Source: a virus
Taxonomy: Duplodnaviria; Caudoviricetes
Direction: 5' to 3' (one strand)
Virus record (IMG/VR): IMGVR_UViG_3300007513_000003
DNA length: 64,000 nucleotides
A model generated the notes under the pieces. It did no database searches. It had not been told where the DNA came from and saw only the letters and a program-made list of their open reading frames with translations. Positions 18,345 to 31,100 of this stretch are shown piece after piece. The translations under genes and the position numbers were made by a program. Every line of letters begins with the position of its first letter. Position 1 is the first letter of the stretch.

Positions 18345-18734
18345 ATGGCGATTACATACAAAGGCTTCAATACACAAGGTAAAAAGTTCTCTAATTCTTT
18401 CACATTAACCGGGTTTGATATTGCTAAACAGGATCTTACAAACCATTTTAATATAAGAAAGGGAGAGAAATTACAGTTACCTGATTTCGGCTCTATAGTT
18501 TGGGATATGATTTATGAGCCTTTGAATGAGACTACAATTGAAACAATTAGACAGGATATACAAACGATTCTGGCATATGATCCAAGAATAGAAGGAAATG
18601 ATATTGTAGTCAGACAAGTTGAACAGGGTTTAATAATAGAATTAAATTTGACATTTATTCCGGACCAAATAATAGAACATTTGTTAATAGAGTTTGATAC
18701 AGAAACAACCCGAGCTACATTGAGTACAGTATAA
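18345..18734 (+). CDS. gp25: Baseplate wedge protein gp25 family
   Basis: KQDLTNHFNIRKGEKLQLPDFGSIVWDMIYEP and YDPRI. Confidence 0.9.
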   Translation: MAITYKGFNTQGKKFSNSFTLTGFDIAKQDLTNHFNIRKGEKLQLPDFGSIVWDMIYEPLNETTIETIRQDIQTILAYDPRIEGNDIVVRQVEQGLIIELNLTFIPDQIIEHLLIEFDTETTRATLSTV

Positions 18735-21700
18735 TGGCACTAACAACACGACAAAATAATATATATAGCGCAGAAGATTGGCAAGTGTTATACCAATCTT
18801 TTATTAATGCTGATTTTGAAAGTTATGATTTCCAAACATTGCGTAAGTCAATGATTGATTATATCAAAACATATCATCCTGAAGATTTTAATGATTATAT
18901 TGAAAGTTCAGAATTTATAGCATTAATTGACTTACTTGCGTATGTAACACAAAACATTAGTTACAGAGTAGATTTAAATGCTAGAGAAAATTTCCTAGCA
19001 ACTGCAAGTCGCAGAGAAAGTATTTTAAGACTTGCTAGACTAGTAAGTTATAACGCAAAGCGTAGTATAAATGCTAGTGGATTATTAAAATTATCAAGCA
19101 TTTCTACAACAGAAGATGTTTATGATTCCAATGGTGAAAATCTAGCAAATAGTAGAATTGAATGGAATGACCCCAACAATGTAGATTATACTGAACAAAT
19201 TAATTTAATACTTAATGCCGCAATGGTAAATTCTCAGAGAATAGGAAACCCTAACAGTTCTAAAACATTGAACGGCATATTAACAGAAGAATATGAAATT
19301 AATATACCATCTGGAACTATCCCTGTGTTTCCATTCACAACTAATATTGATGGAGTAAACATAGATTTTGAAATAGTTAGTGCCACTTTTCAAAATGCAG
19401 ATTTTATATATGAAAAAGCACCTAGCAATGTTGCGCCTTTTGGTTTTCTATATAGGAGTGATGGCAAGGGCAATGGCAGTGACAATACGGGATTTTTTGC
19501 GTACTTCAAACAAGGTACGCTACGATCATCTGATTTCAATATTGACCAAGCAATTCCTAATAGACAAGTTTTAATTAATACCAGTAACGTTAATAATAAT
19601 GATGTATGGCTATATGAATTAGATTCCAATAATGATTTGTATAGATTATGGACACAAGTTCCTAGTGTGGTCGGCAATAATGTAATATATAATAGTTTGG
19701 CCAAAGATATAAGAACATTATACAGTGTAACGTCACGCGAAGCGGATCAAATTTCATATATATTTGGAGATGGTATCTTCTCAGATATGCCTCGGGGAGG
19801 TTTTAGATCTTATTTTAGACAAAGTAACGGATTAACATATGATATTAATACAGATGATATGCAAGGTGTTACGTTAAGTGTCACTTATTTAAACAAGTAT
19901 AATATAACACATACCTTAACCATGGTATTTGATTTACAACAGCAGATTTACAATGCGGCAGAAAGAGAAACAATTGAAGATATTAGAACAAATGCACCGC
20001 AGGCCTATTACACACAAAATCGTATGGTAAATGGTGAAGATTATAATATATTCCCAGTCACGGCAACAAATGAAATCATAAAAGCAAAAGCGGTTAACAG
20101 AACATCCAGCGGTATATCACGTTATTTGGATGTTGTAGATCCGTCTGCAAAATATTCATCTACAAATGTATTTTGTGAAGATGGAATATTATTTGAAGAA
20201 ATATTTACTAATAACTTTGATTTTGAGTTTGTAAACGAGATGGACATATTGCGAATTATTCGTGATAGAATAGAACCCATCTTACGTGACGTTGGTAGTA
20301 AACAATACTATTATAAAAAATATTCTAGAATAACAGTTGCAACCACGACGTGGGAGCAATCAACAACCGGCACCAATTTAAGTACAGGTTATTTTAAAAA
20401 TAATATTGGATCACCTGTGCCATTGGGGTCATCAGCACCTGATGCAAGAAAATGGTTAACAAATAACTCACTAGTTAAGTTTAATGCACCATCTGGAAAA
20501 TACTTTAAAGCAGATGGTAGTTTGCATACAGGCTCAGTTAGCGCGCCAGGAACATTTAGCTCTATATGGGCAATGATTAAAAATGTTGTAGGCGACGGTA
20601 TGAATGGTGGCGTAGGTAATTTGTCAAATGGCAGTGGCCCGGTAACGTTAACAGAGAAAATTGGTGATGGTGCAGAAGTCGCAGAGATTATTCCACAGTT
20701 TGACACTGATTTGTCTTCATCAATTGAAACAGCAATGTTAAACAAAATCTTTAATCACGAAGAATTTGGTTTACGTTTTGATCTTAACGACAGAGAATGG
20801 TATATTGTATTAGCAGAAAATTTAAACGTTTCTGATAACTTTGGATTTGGATATGCCGGTGACACGTCGGGATTGCGTAAGGACGCAAGTTGGATGATTC
20901 GTTTTAAAAGTACTGGCGTGATGTATACAGCAACTTATAGAGGATTAAACTATAGTTTTGAAAGTGATTTAGAAACAAGATTTTATTTTGATGACTCACT
21001 TAAAATTTATGATTCTCGTACAGGACAAACAGTAATAGATTATGTTAATGTATTTAAAATGAACAGTAAGCCTGATGCAAATGACGCATTAGAAGAAGAT
21101 TACATCTGGCAAATTTATGGGCTGGATACAGAATTTACAGGCAATACTAATACACGCAGAGTTCTAGTTACTTTCTTAGATAGTGACGACGACGGTATAC
21201 CTGATAATCCTGATCAGTTTACATCTATTGTTGATCCTAGTGTTAATCCAAATAACAAACTAGTATTTTTTGAAAAATTTACAGAAGCAGACGGTGGCCA
21301 ACAATATAGATTAACTAAAAAAACAATTAATTTAGATTATGATTTAGAAACAAATTTACCATCCGACACATCAATTTTTAAAGATGGTGAAGTTATATAT
21401 TTGACGTTAGATAAGAAGTTTAAAGTTAATAATTCATCTGATAGTACTCTTTTAGACAGTACAGATTATCTAACATATGTAGGTAGAAAAGACTTATACT
21501 TTAATTATAAACACAACTCACCAAGTGATAGAAGAATTAATCCAGGACTGAGTAATATTATTGATTTATACATTTTAACACAATCATATAATGATCAGTT
21601 TGTGCGGTATATTCAAGATAATACAGGTGTTGTTACTAAACCAGAAACAAGTACTACAACAGAATTGGCAACACAATTTGGTAGTTTATTAGAATATAAA

Positions 21701-22129
21701 ATGTTGAGTGATGAAATTATTTTTCATCCGGTAAAATATAAGGTATTATTTGGTAGTAAAGCAGATGCTAATTTACAAGCACAATTTAAAATAGTAAAAA
21801 ATCCAAATTCTCCAATTACTGATTCTGAATTAAAAACAAGAACTGTAGACGCATTCATTGATTATTTTGAAGACGAAAATTGGGATTTTGGAGATACTTT
21901 TTATTTTACAGAATTATCAGCGTTTGTTCATCATGAATTAGCGCCGCACGTAGCGACCATTTTAATTGTACCTACTGGCACAAACCAAAATTTTGGTAGT
22001 TTATTTGAAGTTGAATGTGCTAGTGATGAAATTTTTATAAGTGATGTAAAAGTAGATAATATTGAGATTATAGATGCTGTCACTGCATCTAAGATTAGAG
22101 CAAGTGGCACAATTGTAACAAGTGCATAG
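18734..22129 (+). CDS. gp6: Baseplate wedge protein gp6 family (1131 aa)
   Basis: SYDFQTLRKSMIDYIK, ARENFLATASRRESILRLARLVSYN, IFGDGIFSDMP and QNRMVNGEDY. Confidence 0.85.
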   Translation: MALTTRQNNIYSAEDWQVLYQSFINADFESYDFQTLRKSMIDYIKTYHPEDFNDYIESSEFIALIDLLAYVTQNISYRVDLNARENFLATASRRESILRLARLVSYNAKRSINASGLLKLSSISTTEDVYDSNGENLANSRIEWNDPNNVDYTEQINLILNAAMVNSQRIGNPNSSKTLNGILTEEYEINIPSGTIPVFPFTTNIDGVNIDFEIVSATFQNADFIYEKAPSNVAPFGFLYRSDGKGNGSDNTGFFAYFKQGTLRSSDFNIDQAIPNRQVLINTSNVNNNDVWLYELDSNNDLYRLWTQVPSVVGNNVIYNSLAKDIRTLYSVTSREADQISYIFGDGIFSDMPRGGFRSYFRQSNGLTYDINTDDMQGVTLSVTYLNKYNITHTLTMVFDLQQQIYNAAERETIEDIRTNAPQAYYTQNRMVNGEDYNIFPVTATNEIIKAKAVNRTSSGISRYLDVVDPSAKYSSTNVFCEDGILFEEIFTNNFDFEFVNEMDILRIIRDRIEPILRDVGSKQYYYKKYSRITVATTTWEQSTTGTNLSTGYFKNNIGSPVPLGSSAPDARKWLTNNSLVKFNAPSGKYFKADGSLHTGSVSAPGTFSSIWAMIKNVVGDGMNGGVGNLSNGSGPVTLTEKIGDGAEVAEIIPQFDTDLSSSIETAMLNKIFNHEEFGLRFDLNDREWYIVLAENLNVSDNFGFGYAGDTSGLRKDASWMIRFKSTGVMYTATYRGLNYSFESDLETRFYFDDSLKIYDSRTGQTVIDYVNVFKMNSKPDANDALEEDYIWQIYGLDTEFTGNTNTRRVLVTFLDSDDDGIPDNPDQFTSIVDPSVNPNNKLVFFEKFTEADGGQQYRLTKKTINLDYDLETNLPSDTSIFKDGEVIYLTLDKKFKVNNSSDSTLLDSTDYLTYVGRKDLYFNYKHNSPSDRRINPGLSNIIDLYILTQSYNDQFVRYIQDNTGVVTKPETSTTTELATQFGSLLEYKMLSDEIIFHPVKYKVLFGSKADANLQAQFKIVKNPNSPITDSELKTRTVDAFIDYFEDENWDFGDTFYFTELSAFVHHELAPHVATILIVPTGTNQNFGSLFEVECASDEIFISDVKVDNIEIIDAVTASKIRASGTIVTSA

Positions 22130-22137
22130 GAAATACC

Positions 22138-25100
22138 ATGGCAATAAGAAAAACTGTTAATCTATTACCAAATCAGTTTCAAACTGAAGTTAATAAGAAA
22201 TTTTTAAATTCAACCTTGGATCAATTACTGTCTCCGGGAACATTGGATATCGTTAATGGATTCGTTGGTAGACGTGATGTTGATAATTTTAAAACTACTG
22301 ACAGTTACTTATTAGAATCAACTGCTGATAGAACAAATTATCAGTTAGAACCTGCATTTACCATTAAAAAGGATGCAGCTAATCTTCGATTTACGGACCG
22401 ATTGCACTCCGGAACTAGTCACGTTCTTGGACAATCTGCATATGACTACGCCGCAACATATATTGATTTAATCAATGCAGTAAAATCAAGAGGCGGCAAT
22501 AGTTTTGATCATGATAAAATATTTTCTAGTGAATATTATGTCTGGACCCCTCCAATTGACTTAGATAAAATTACTAGTTACGCAAGATATTTTTGGTTAC
22601 AGGACGGCCCTGATGTTGTTGAAATTACAGATAAATTAAATATTGATTCAGAAGTGTTAGGTAAAAAGAACTTTACTACTACCACTGGAAATATAAAATT
22701 TACTAACGGGTTGAAAGTTAAATTTACTCATGCAGACACCCAGCCCACAACTTATTATAATAAAGAATATATAGTTGCAAATGTAGGTAAAAGTATTGAA
22801 CTCATTGAATGGAATAGTTTAATTACACCAGAAAGTAATGTCTATTCTTTAGGCAAGGATTATATCACAATTAAACCTGGATCAATTGACGGAAACCAGT
22901 GGAGTAACAATAATCGCTGGTTCCATGAAGATATCATTGCCAAAACAGCGGAATATAACAAAACGGTTCCAGTGTATAATTCAGCCTTAAGAGCAAAACG
23001 CCCTATTATAGAATTTGATAAAGATCTAAAATTATATAATTTTGGTGTATCTAAGTTAACAAATGTTGATCTTGTTGACACTCTTTTTACAGATGCGTTT
23101 TCTAATTTAGAAGGTTCGGCTAAAGCAGGCACCTTTATTGATGGCGTTGCTGTTGAAGCAGGCCAAAAAATTGTTTTCACAAAAGATGAAGATTCATTTG
23201 TTAATGGTTTTATATATGAAATACAAATCGTAACTATCGGCGGCGTTGAAACTATTCATTTAGAGAAAATTACCACAGTGGCTGACCCTGTTGAAGGGAA
23301 TACGTTAATTGCTAAATTGGGCAATAATGCCGGGAGCCAATGGTATTATAAAAACAACGCATGGATAAAAGGACAAATAAAGTCAAAATTAAACCAAGCC
23401 CCATTGTTTGATATGTTTGATAATGCTGGTAATAGTTTTTCTACATATACTAATAGTAAATTTGCTGGAACAACTGTTTTTAGTTACGCTATAAATTCGG
23501 CAGGTGTTGCGGATACAGAGTTAGGGTTTGGGTTAACATATAGAAATTTTAATAACATCGGAGATATTGTTTTCCACGATAACATTATTAAAGATAGTTT
23601 TGTGTATACATCAGATGTTTTGAATAATATTTCTGCTAATATAAGATTGGCAAAGGGATTCTTGCATAAGTCAACCAGTATTACACAATATAACGTGCTT
23701 AACAATTGGACAAAGGCGCCTTTTGAAAGTAGACAATTTGTCCAACAAACAATTTCTGTCGGAACTGAATTGAAGCAGTTTAAAGTTACAACAACACCAA
23801 AAGCAGAAACAATTGCAAAAAATTTAATAGTAACGGTTAATGGAAAATTACAAGTAAAAGGTGATAACTCTGAAACTACAAAAGATTTTTATATTGTAGT
23901 AAATGATGGCGTACAGTTTATAAACTTTACTAGAGATCTAGTTAAAGAAGACATTGTCGTAATAAAATCTTATACAGATGATTTAATTGAAACTTTAGTA
24001 GACGGAGAAACATATACTATTCCGATTAACCTAAACAATAACCCACTTAATAATTTAGATACAACAACTACATTTACGCTTGGCCAGATTAGAGACCATG
24101 TAGGAACATGTGTTGAAAATAGTTTGGATTTTGACGGAGTGTTTTTTGGTTATAATAATTTGCGTGACATCGGTGATATTAATACGTTAGGAGTAAAAAT
24201 TATTCAAAACTCTGCTAGTTTGGCCAAGGCGGGTTATATCTTAACAAATAACGAATATGACTTCTTTGCTTCTATAGATCACGCAGAAATAGAATATAAT
24301 AAATTTAAGAATTTATTCCTTCAAACAGCTGACAAATTGCAATATAATGACAATCCAGCAACATTTGTTGATTTAATCTTAATTACAATGTTTGCTGGTA
24401 AAAATAGTACAATGCCTTATTACGATAGTGATATGGTACCATTTTCAACAGATAATACAGAAACAACTTATGTTGTTTTTGATATTGATAATAAAAAGTT
24501 TGAACTTAAAAGAACATATAACGACACTACACCAGGCCAAACAGCTGTTTTAATTTATCACAATGATGTACTATTAATTAAAGATCAAGATTACACTTTT
24601 TCTACAACAACACCATTTGTAACATTGACAGATTCTGTTACTTTGGTAGCGAATGATAAGATTAAATTAGTAGAATATAATACGACACTTGGCAATTTCA
24701 TACCACCAACGCCAACTAAGTTAGGATTATATCCAAAATATACTCCTAAAAAATACACAGATAATTCCTATGTAACATCGATATCGGCAATTCAAGGACA
24801 CGATGGCTCTATTATTCCAGCGTATGGGGACTACAAAGATGACGTTTTATTAGAATTAGAAAAGAAAATTTATAATAATATTAAGGCTACATATAATAAA
24901 GATTTACTTAGTAAATTTGAAATCATACCAGGTCATATAAGAAAACTGCCATTCACATTAGACGATATTAATATTATTACATCTGCGTTTTTGTCACAGT
25001 GGGCATACCGCAATAATGTTAACTATACTGATAATACACATTATGACTCATCAAATCCTTATACGTGGAATTACAGTTTAGTAAAAAATAAACTTAACTC

Positions 25101-28100
25101 GTCTGAATTTTTGCCAGGTTCTTGGAGAGGTATTTACAAATACTTTTATGATACAGATCGCCCACATTCTCATCCGTGGGAAATGCTTGGTTTTTTTGAG
25201 AAACCGAGTTGGTGGGAGAAAGAGTATGGGCCAGCACCGTATACAAAAGACAACCTAATATTGTGGCAAGATTTAGAAGATGGTAAAATTGTAAGTGGTC
25301 CTGATGCCGGCACTTATGACAAATATAAACGCACCGGAATGGTTGCAAATTATATTCCAGTAGATTCATCAGGCGCGCTATTAAATCCACGTGAGATAGG
25401 CCTTACAGGTGTAATTGATACAGATACCACTAGTGATTGGAAAGCGGGGGACGATGGCCCGGCTGAAACTGCGTGGAAGAGATCTAGTAGTTATCCCTTT
25501 GCAGTGCAAAAACTATTTGCATTAACTAAACCTGCAAAATATTTTGAATTGATGTATGATGTATCTAACGTAACAAAAAATTTAGTTGGGCACTATGTAG
25601 ACAAAGATACAGGGTTATTCCTTGTTCCCAATTCCGTAAAGACAAACGGGTTTGTTAATACAGATAAATCAATTGATTATACTCTTGGTTATGGCAACTG
25701 GTTAGTTGATCATGCAAAATATTTAAGTAGTGATACTGTAAAACTTAACACAAATTTAAATACTTTAAGTCTTAATTTGGCTTATAAGATAGCCGGATTC
25801 ACAGATAAAGAAAAATTAAAAATTATATTAGAACAAATTTCACCTACTAGATCTTCTAATGACATTTTTGTGCCACAAGAAGATTATTCTTTATACTTGC
25901 TTGAAGGCAAACCCTTAGCAAAAATAAATTATTCAGGCTTGTTAATTGAAAGAACACACACCGGATACATTATTGACGGTTATTCAGTTGATACTCCTTA
26001 TTTTAATATATTAAAAAGTATTACTACATCTGGTAATACAAGACAGGTATCTGTTGGAGGAATACAACTTGATTCAATTCCATATGAACTAGGTAAAGAA
26101 TATGCTATTGGTCAAGTTGTGGAAGTAGGTCAAAATACTTTCTATATTGTTAACGCTGAGTTTACAGCAACAAATAATTTTGATGATGATAGACAATATT
26201 TAACTAGTACACCAACAGTTCCTACACAAGGAGGAATCACTGTACTTCATCATGATGATTTTCAAAGCACCACTACAAAAGTACCTTATAAAACAGAATA
26301 TAACACTATACAAGATGTATATGATTTCATTATAAGTTATGGAAGATATTTAGAATCTGTTGGCCTAGTATTTGATAATGTTAGCGATGATTTTGGCCAA
26401 ATTGAAGACTGGGACAATTCAGCAAGGGAATTCTTATTCTGGACTCAGGCCAACTTTGGTCCAGGGTCATTAATAACAATGAGTGCTGGTAGTAATACTT
26501 TCAAATTTAACTTAAACCAAACACAAGTTAGCAATTTAGTAAGTAATATTTTACCTTCTTCTGTCATTAACCAAAATAAACAAAGAATAGCAATACAAGA
26601 TCTTTTCTATTATAGAGAAGATAACATGTTCCAACTAAGTTCAAGTGAAGAAGTGGATGGCATATTTGCTTGTACTTTAAATCCAATACAAACAGAACAT
26701 TTATTAATTCTTGAAAATGAAACAGTATTCAAGGATGTTATTTGGAATTTAACAACAGGCAGTAGACAGAACAGAATTAAGTTAGTTGGATATAAAACAA
26801 GATTGTGGGATGGTACACAGCAATTACCGGGTTATATATTACTAGACGATAGCGTAGAAGTTTGGAATGTTAATTATTCTTATCAGATAGGAGATATTAT
26901 AAAATTTAAAAATAAATTTTACGCCACTAACGTAAGTCATTCTCCTACAGATCTAACAGAATTGGGTAAGTTTGATTTTAGCAAATGGAAACTTTTAGAT
27001 AAAGTAGAAACAGGACTACTGCCTAACTTAGATACTAAAGCAGACCAATTTAGAAGCTTTTATGAAGTTGAAGAAGATGCTAGAATGTCTAGTCTAGACA
27101 AGTTATCCACTAATCTAATAGGATATCAAAGTAGAAGATATTTAGAAAACTTACAAATTGACGACACGGCGCAAAAGAAATTTTACCAAGGTTTTCTTAA
27201 AGAAAAAGGTACAAGTTCTGTAGTTAATAAACTATTAAGAGCAAAAGTTCCTGCTTTAGATACAACAATTGACTTATATGAAGAATGGGCATTTAGAATT
27301 GGTGAATATGGTTCAGTAGACAGTACACAGACAATTGATCTATATTTAGAAGAAAATAAATTTAAAGAAAGTCCTGATTTAATTGAACTCATTAACTCAG
27401 ATGAGCAATATAAAGATATTCACATCACTGTTCGTCCTGAAGATTTGCATCAACGACCACAAGAACCTTTATATTATAGCAAAAATATATTTAAACATAA
27501 AACAGATAATATTAGTAACAGACTAACATTGCCTACAGCGGGCCATGTAAGAACTGATGACTCCGAGCACTCTGTATTAACACTTTCTGATTGGGTTTCA
27601 TCTAACATAATAACAATAACAGAATCTATCGATATACAAACAGAACTACTCGGAAGAAAAAGCTATACAACTAATGATTCTGTACAATTATATAATGGTT
27701 CCGTAGTATTCTTTAGTAGTTCACAGATTACGCCGTCTAGTTATAAAGGTAAGAATTTTGTAGTATCCGGTGTAGGCGAATCAATACAACTTACCGAAAA
27801 AACAGAATTTTTAAATTCTTTAAAAATTGGTGACAAAATTTGGGTAGCAAATGCTGATAGTTACCCGCCACAATTTGAAGAAGATTCAAAAGATTGGGCA
27901 ATGTATAGGATTACTAATGCAAATAATTCACCTATAGCAGTGGCTAAAGATAATAATAATGAATTAACTGTCACATTTACATACCCAATTGGAAAAATTC
28001 TTGAAGGTGATTATATTATTCTAAGAAAATTTTATAACACAGCAGACCAGTCAATTGACTTCAGTGGTGTTTATAAAGTTAAAGAAAATTTACTTTCTTC

Positions 28101-31100
28101 TAGAACATATACTTTAAAATTACACGCAAACACGTCTGTGGGACCGTTAAACGGGTTGGGAGATTCTTTAGCACCGACTCCGACTCGCGGTGAAATTTTA
28201 TTATTAACAAATTCTCGTTATGCTAGTTCTAGTGATTTATATAGCGATGCCGGACCTAGATATGGATGGTTAGATGGGGATTTGGCTTGGATTGATGACT
28301 ATAACGATACAGGAAAATGGGCAGTACTTGAAAAGAAGAATCCATTTACGTTGAGAGAACAACTTTATCCTACCGGCAAGCCGGCTAATACTGGATTTGG
28401 TCAGGCTATCTCAACCAACAAGGATACATCTACGCTGTTGGTTGGATCTGTACATGACGGCACGTCAGCCGGTAATATTGAACAATGGACAAGAACTATT
28501 AAAACAGTCTTTGATGTAACAAGTATTTTTGTAAGTGGAGATGGCTCACTAACATCAGGACATTTAAGTGAATCAGGATTTTTATTAACAATTAATACAG
28601 ATGGTTTACCTAAGCCTGCACCATTTGGTGTATTTCCTAGTGATGCTAATCCTAATAGAATTAATAGTAAAACTTTTGAACATACGTTTAATATACGTGT
28701 TGGTACAAATACTACTACAAGCTCCCCAAAAGAAATTGGTCTAGGCGGCATTGGCATTGCAGCCAATGGTGTAACTTTTGTAAGTCCAATTATTGACGGG
28801 AATTTGACAAACGACACAGGGCCAGCAAAAGGCGTAGCACCAGGCAATTGGAAATGGAACGCGATAGTAAACAGAACAAATTTGGGATTAGACGCGAGTG
28901 ACGGCCACCCACAAGAAGATGGTGAGTATCATTACCATAGTGGTAAGTTTTTAAGCCAATGGAATAGCGGAGTCTATACAGAAAATAATTATTATAATAA
29001 CACGAATTACAGCGGAGACCATTGGAGACATGCAGATGGACACTCTAAGATTATAGGCTACGCATACGACGGTTATCCAATTTATGGACCATTCGGTTAC
29101 CAAACTCCTGGAAATTCTACAACAACACCTGTACGTATGACATCTTCTTATCGTACACACTCATCACCGTTAAGTGAAAGAGGATACAATTATACAGTTT
29201 ATCCTGTTGGTTCATTTATAGAAGATCATTATTATTTAGATGGTGTCGGAACTTTAGACAAACACAATGGTCGTTATTGTGTAACCCCTGATTATCCTGA
29301 TGGCACCTATGCATACTTTTTAACTATAAAAGTAGACGGAACTCCTGTATATCCTTATATCGTAGGACCTACATTTAAAGAACAACCTGTTTTAGAAACA
29401 GACACAGTGCCTAGTGATCCAGGAGGAAGTAACACACAAACAATTAATATTGCACCTACCAACTTTACTTTTGATAGTAATATAGTAGATGGCACTAAAC
29501 TTTATAACAGTGGTTTGTTGGGGTGGCAGTTTGACAACACGAAAGAACATGATTACTTAGTTACTTCTGCACCAGGTAGTAATTCTAAAGAAGGCTATGC
29601 GATTATCTTAAAACAAAAAGATGATAAAACATATGAAGCGTTTGACGTATTGCGATCACCGTCGCCTACAACTAGCGGCTTTTTTGGATATGATGTTTCT
29701 ATTAGTAATAATGGATATCTAGTAGTTGGTGCGCCGGGAGAATTAAAATCCTATGTTTACAAATTAGTAACAGGAATAACTTCTTCTAGTGAGTTCTTTA
29801 ACGGTACAGGCGCCACACCTACATTTGCTACAACAATATCATATGGTGACGATAAAGAAATCACTGTTTATGTGGATGGCCATATTAAAATTCAAGGTTT
29901 GGATTACACATTAGCACCTGGCAGTATTACTTTTATAAGTGGATTCCCGCCAATTGGTTCTAACAATGTAGAAATGCGTAAGGGAAATTACTATAATTTG
30001 ATACAAACATTATCGGGTGTTAGCGGAACAGACTTTGGTAGAAGTGTTGCTATAACTGATGATGGCGCATACGTATTTGTTGGCCAACCAAATATAGAGA
30101 AAAGCGGAAACTTGCAAGTAGGTTCTACTAAGGTATACGGAAAGTCACCGAATGATTCATTTAATGAAGTCCAAGAATTGACCAGTGGCGTAACATCTGA
30201 ACTTGAATTTTTTGGAAAACAAGTAGAAGCAGGCGCATTCGGGCATATTGTTGCTGTTGGTGCTACCGGCGCTGATTATGCATATATAAATGAAACAGCT
30301 AAACTTGCTGTTAACACAGGTGAAGTAGATTACTTTATTGATTATGCTAGAGTGTCCGGCACACTTACCGGCACTGTGGCTAATCCAACGGTTAGTATAG
30401 GCGATCAAATTGTTATAAATGGAACACAAGTTACATTTACAGGCACTGCGTTGGCCGATGTAGTGCAAGATATTAATGATGCTGGTATGTATTTTGTTAC
30501 TGCGGAAAGCACATCAGATAATAAATTAAAAATTACTAGCACCAGCACCACTACAAATAATAAACTTGCTGTTACAGTAGGTAATACAAATGGTGTAGCA
30601 GTGTTTACAGCACTAGGAATTACACCTTATGAATTTAAAGCATCGTTAGTTCATCCTGATGGTTTTCAGAATGCATTTTATGGTGAGCGAATTAAATTTA
30701 ATGAAGACGCCTCTAATATTTTAATTAGTAGTCCTGTATCAAATTCAATTGTTGATCTTAATATGGACAATTCTTTAACAACGTTTGACCAAGGAAATAC
30801 ACTTATAAGTGATGAACAATTAGAATCAGGATCTGCGTTAATATATGATATTAATAGTGATATGTCGTATTCACTATTGCAACGATTAGATTGGAAAGAA
30901 CGTAGACAATATGACAAATATGGCACAGGTATTGGTCTAACAAATAATACAGCTTTTATAGGTGCTCCTGGCGATGATTATTTTGAAATTGAAGAAAAGA
31001 CCGGCGATGGAGTAACTACAGCGTTTGCAATTACCGGTCAATATAGTACAGATAAAATTGAAATTTTTATTAATAATAAAAAAATTCTAACAGGCTTTAC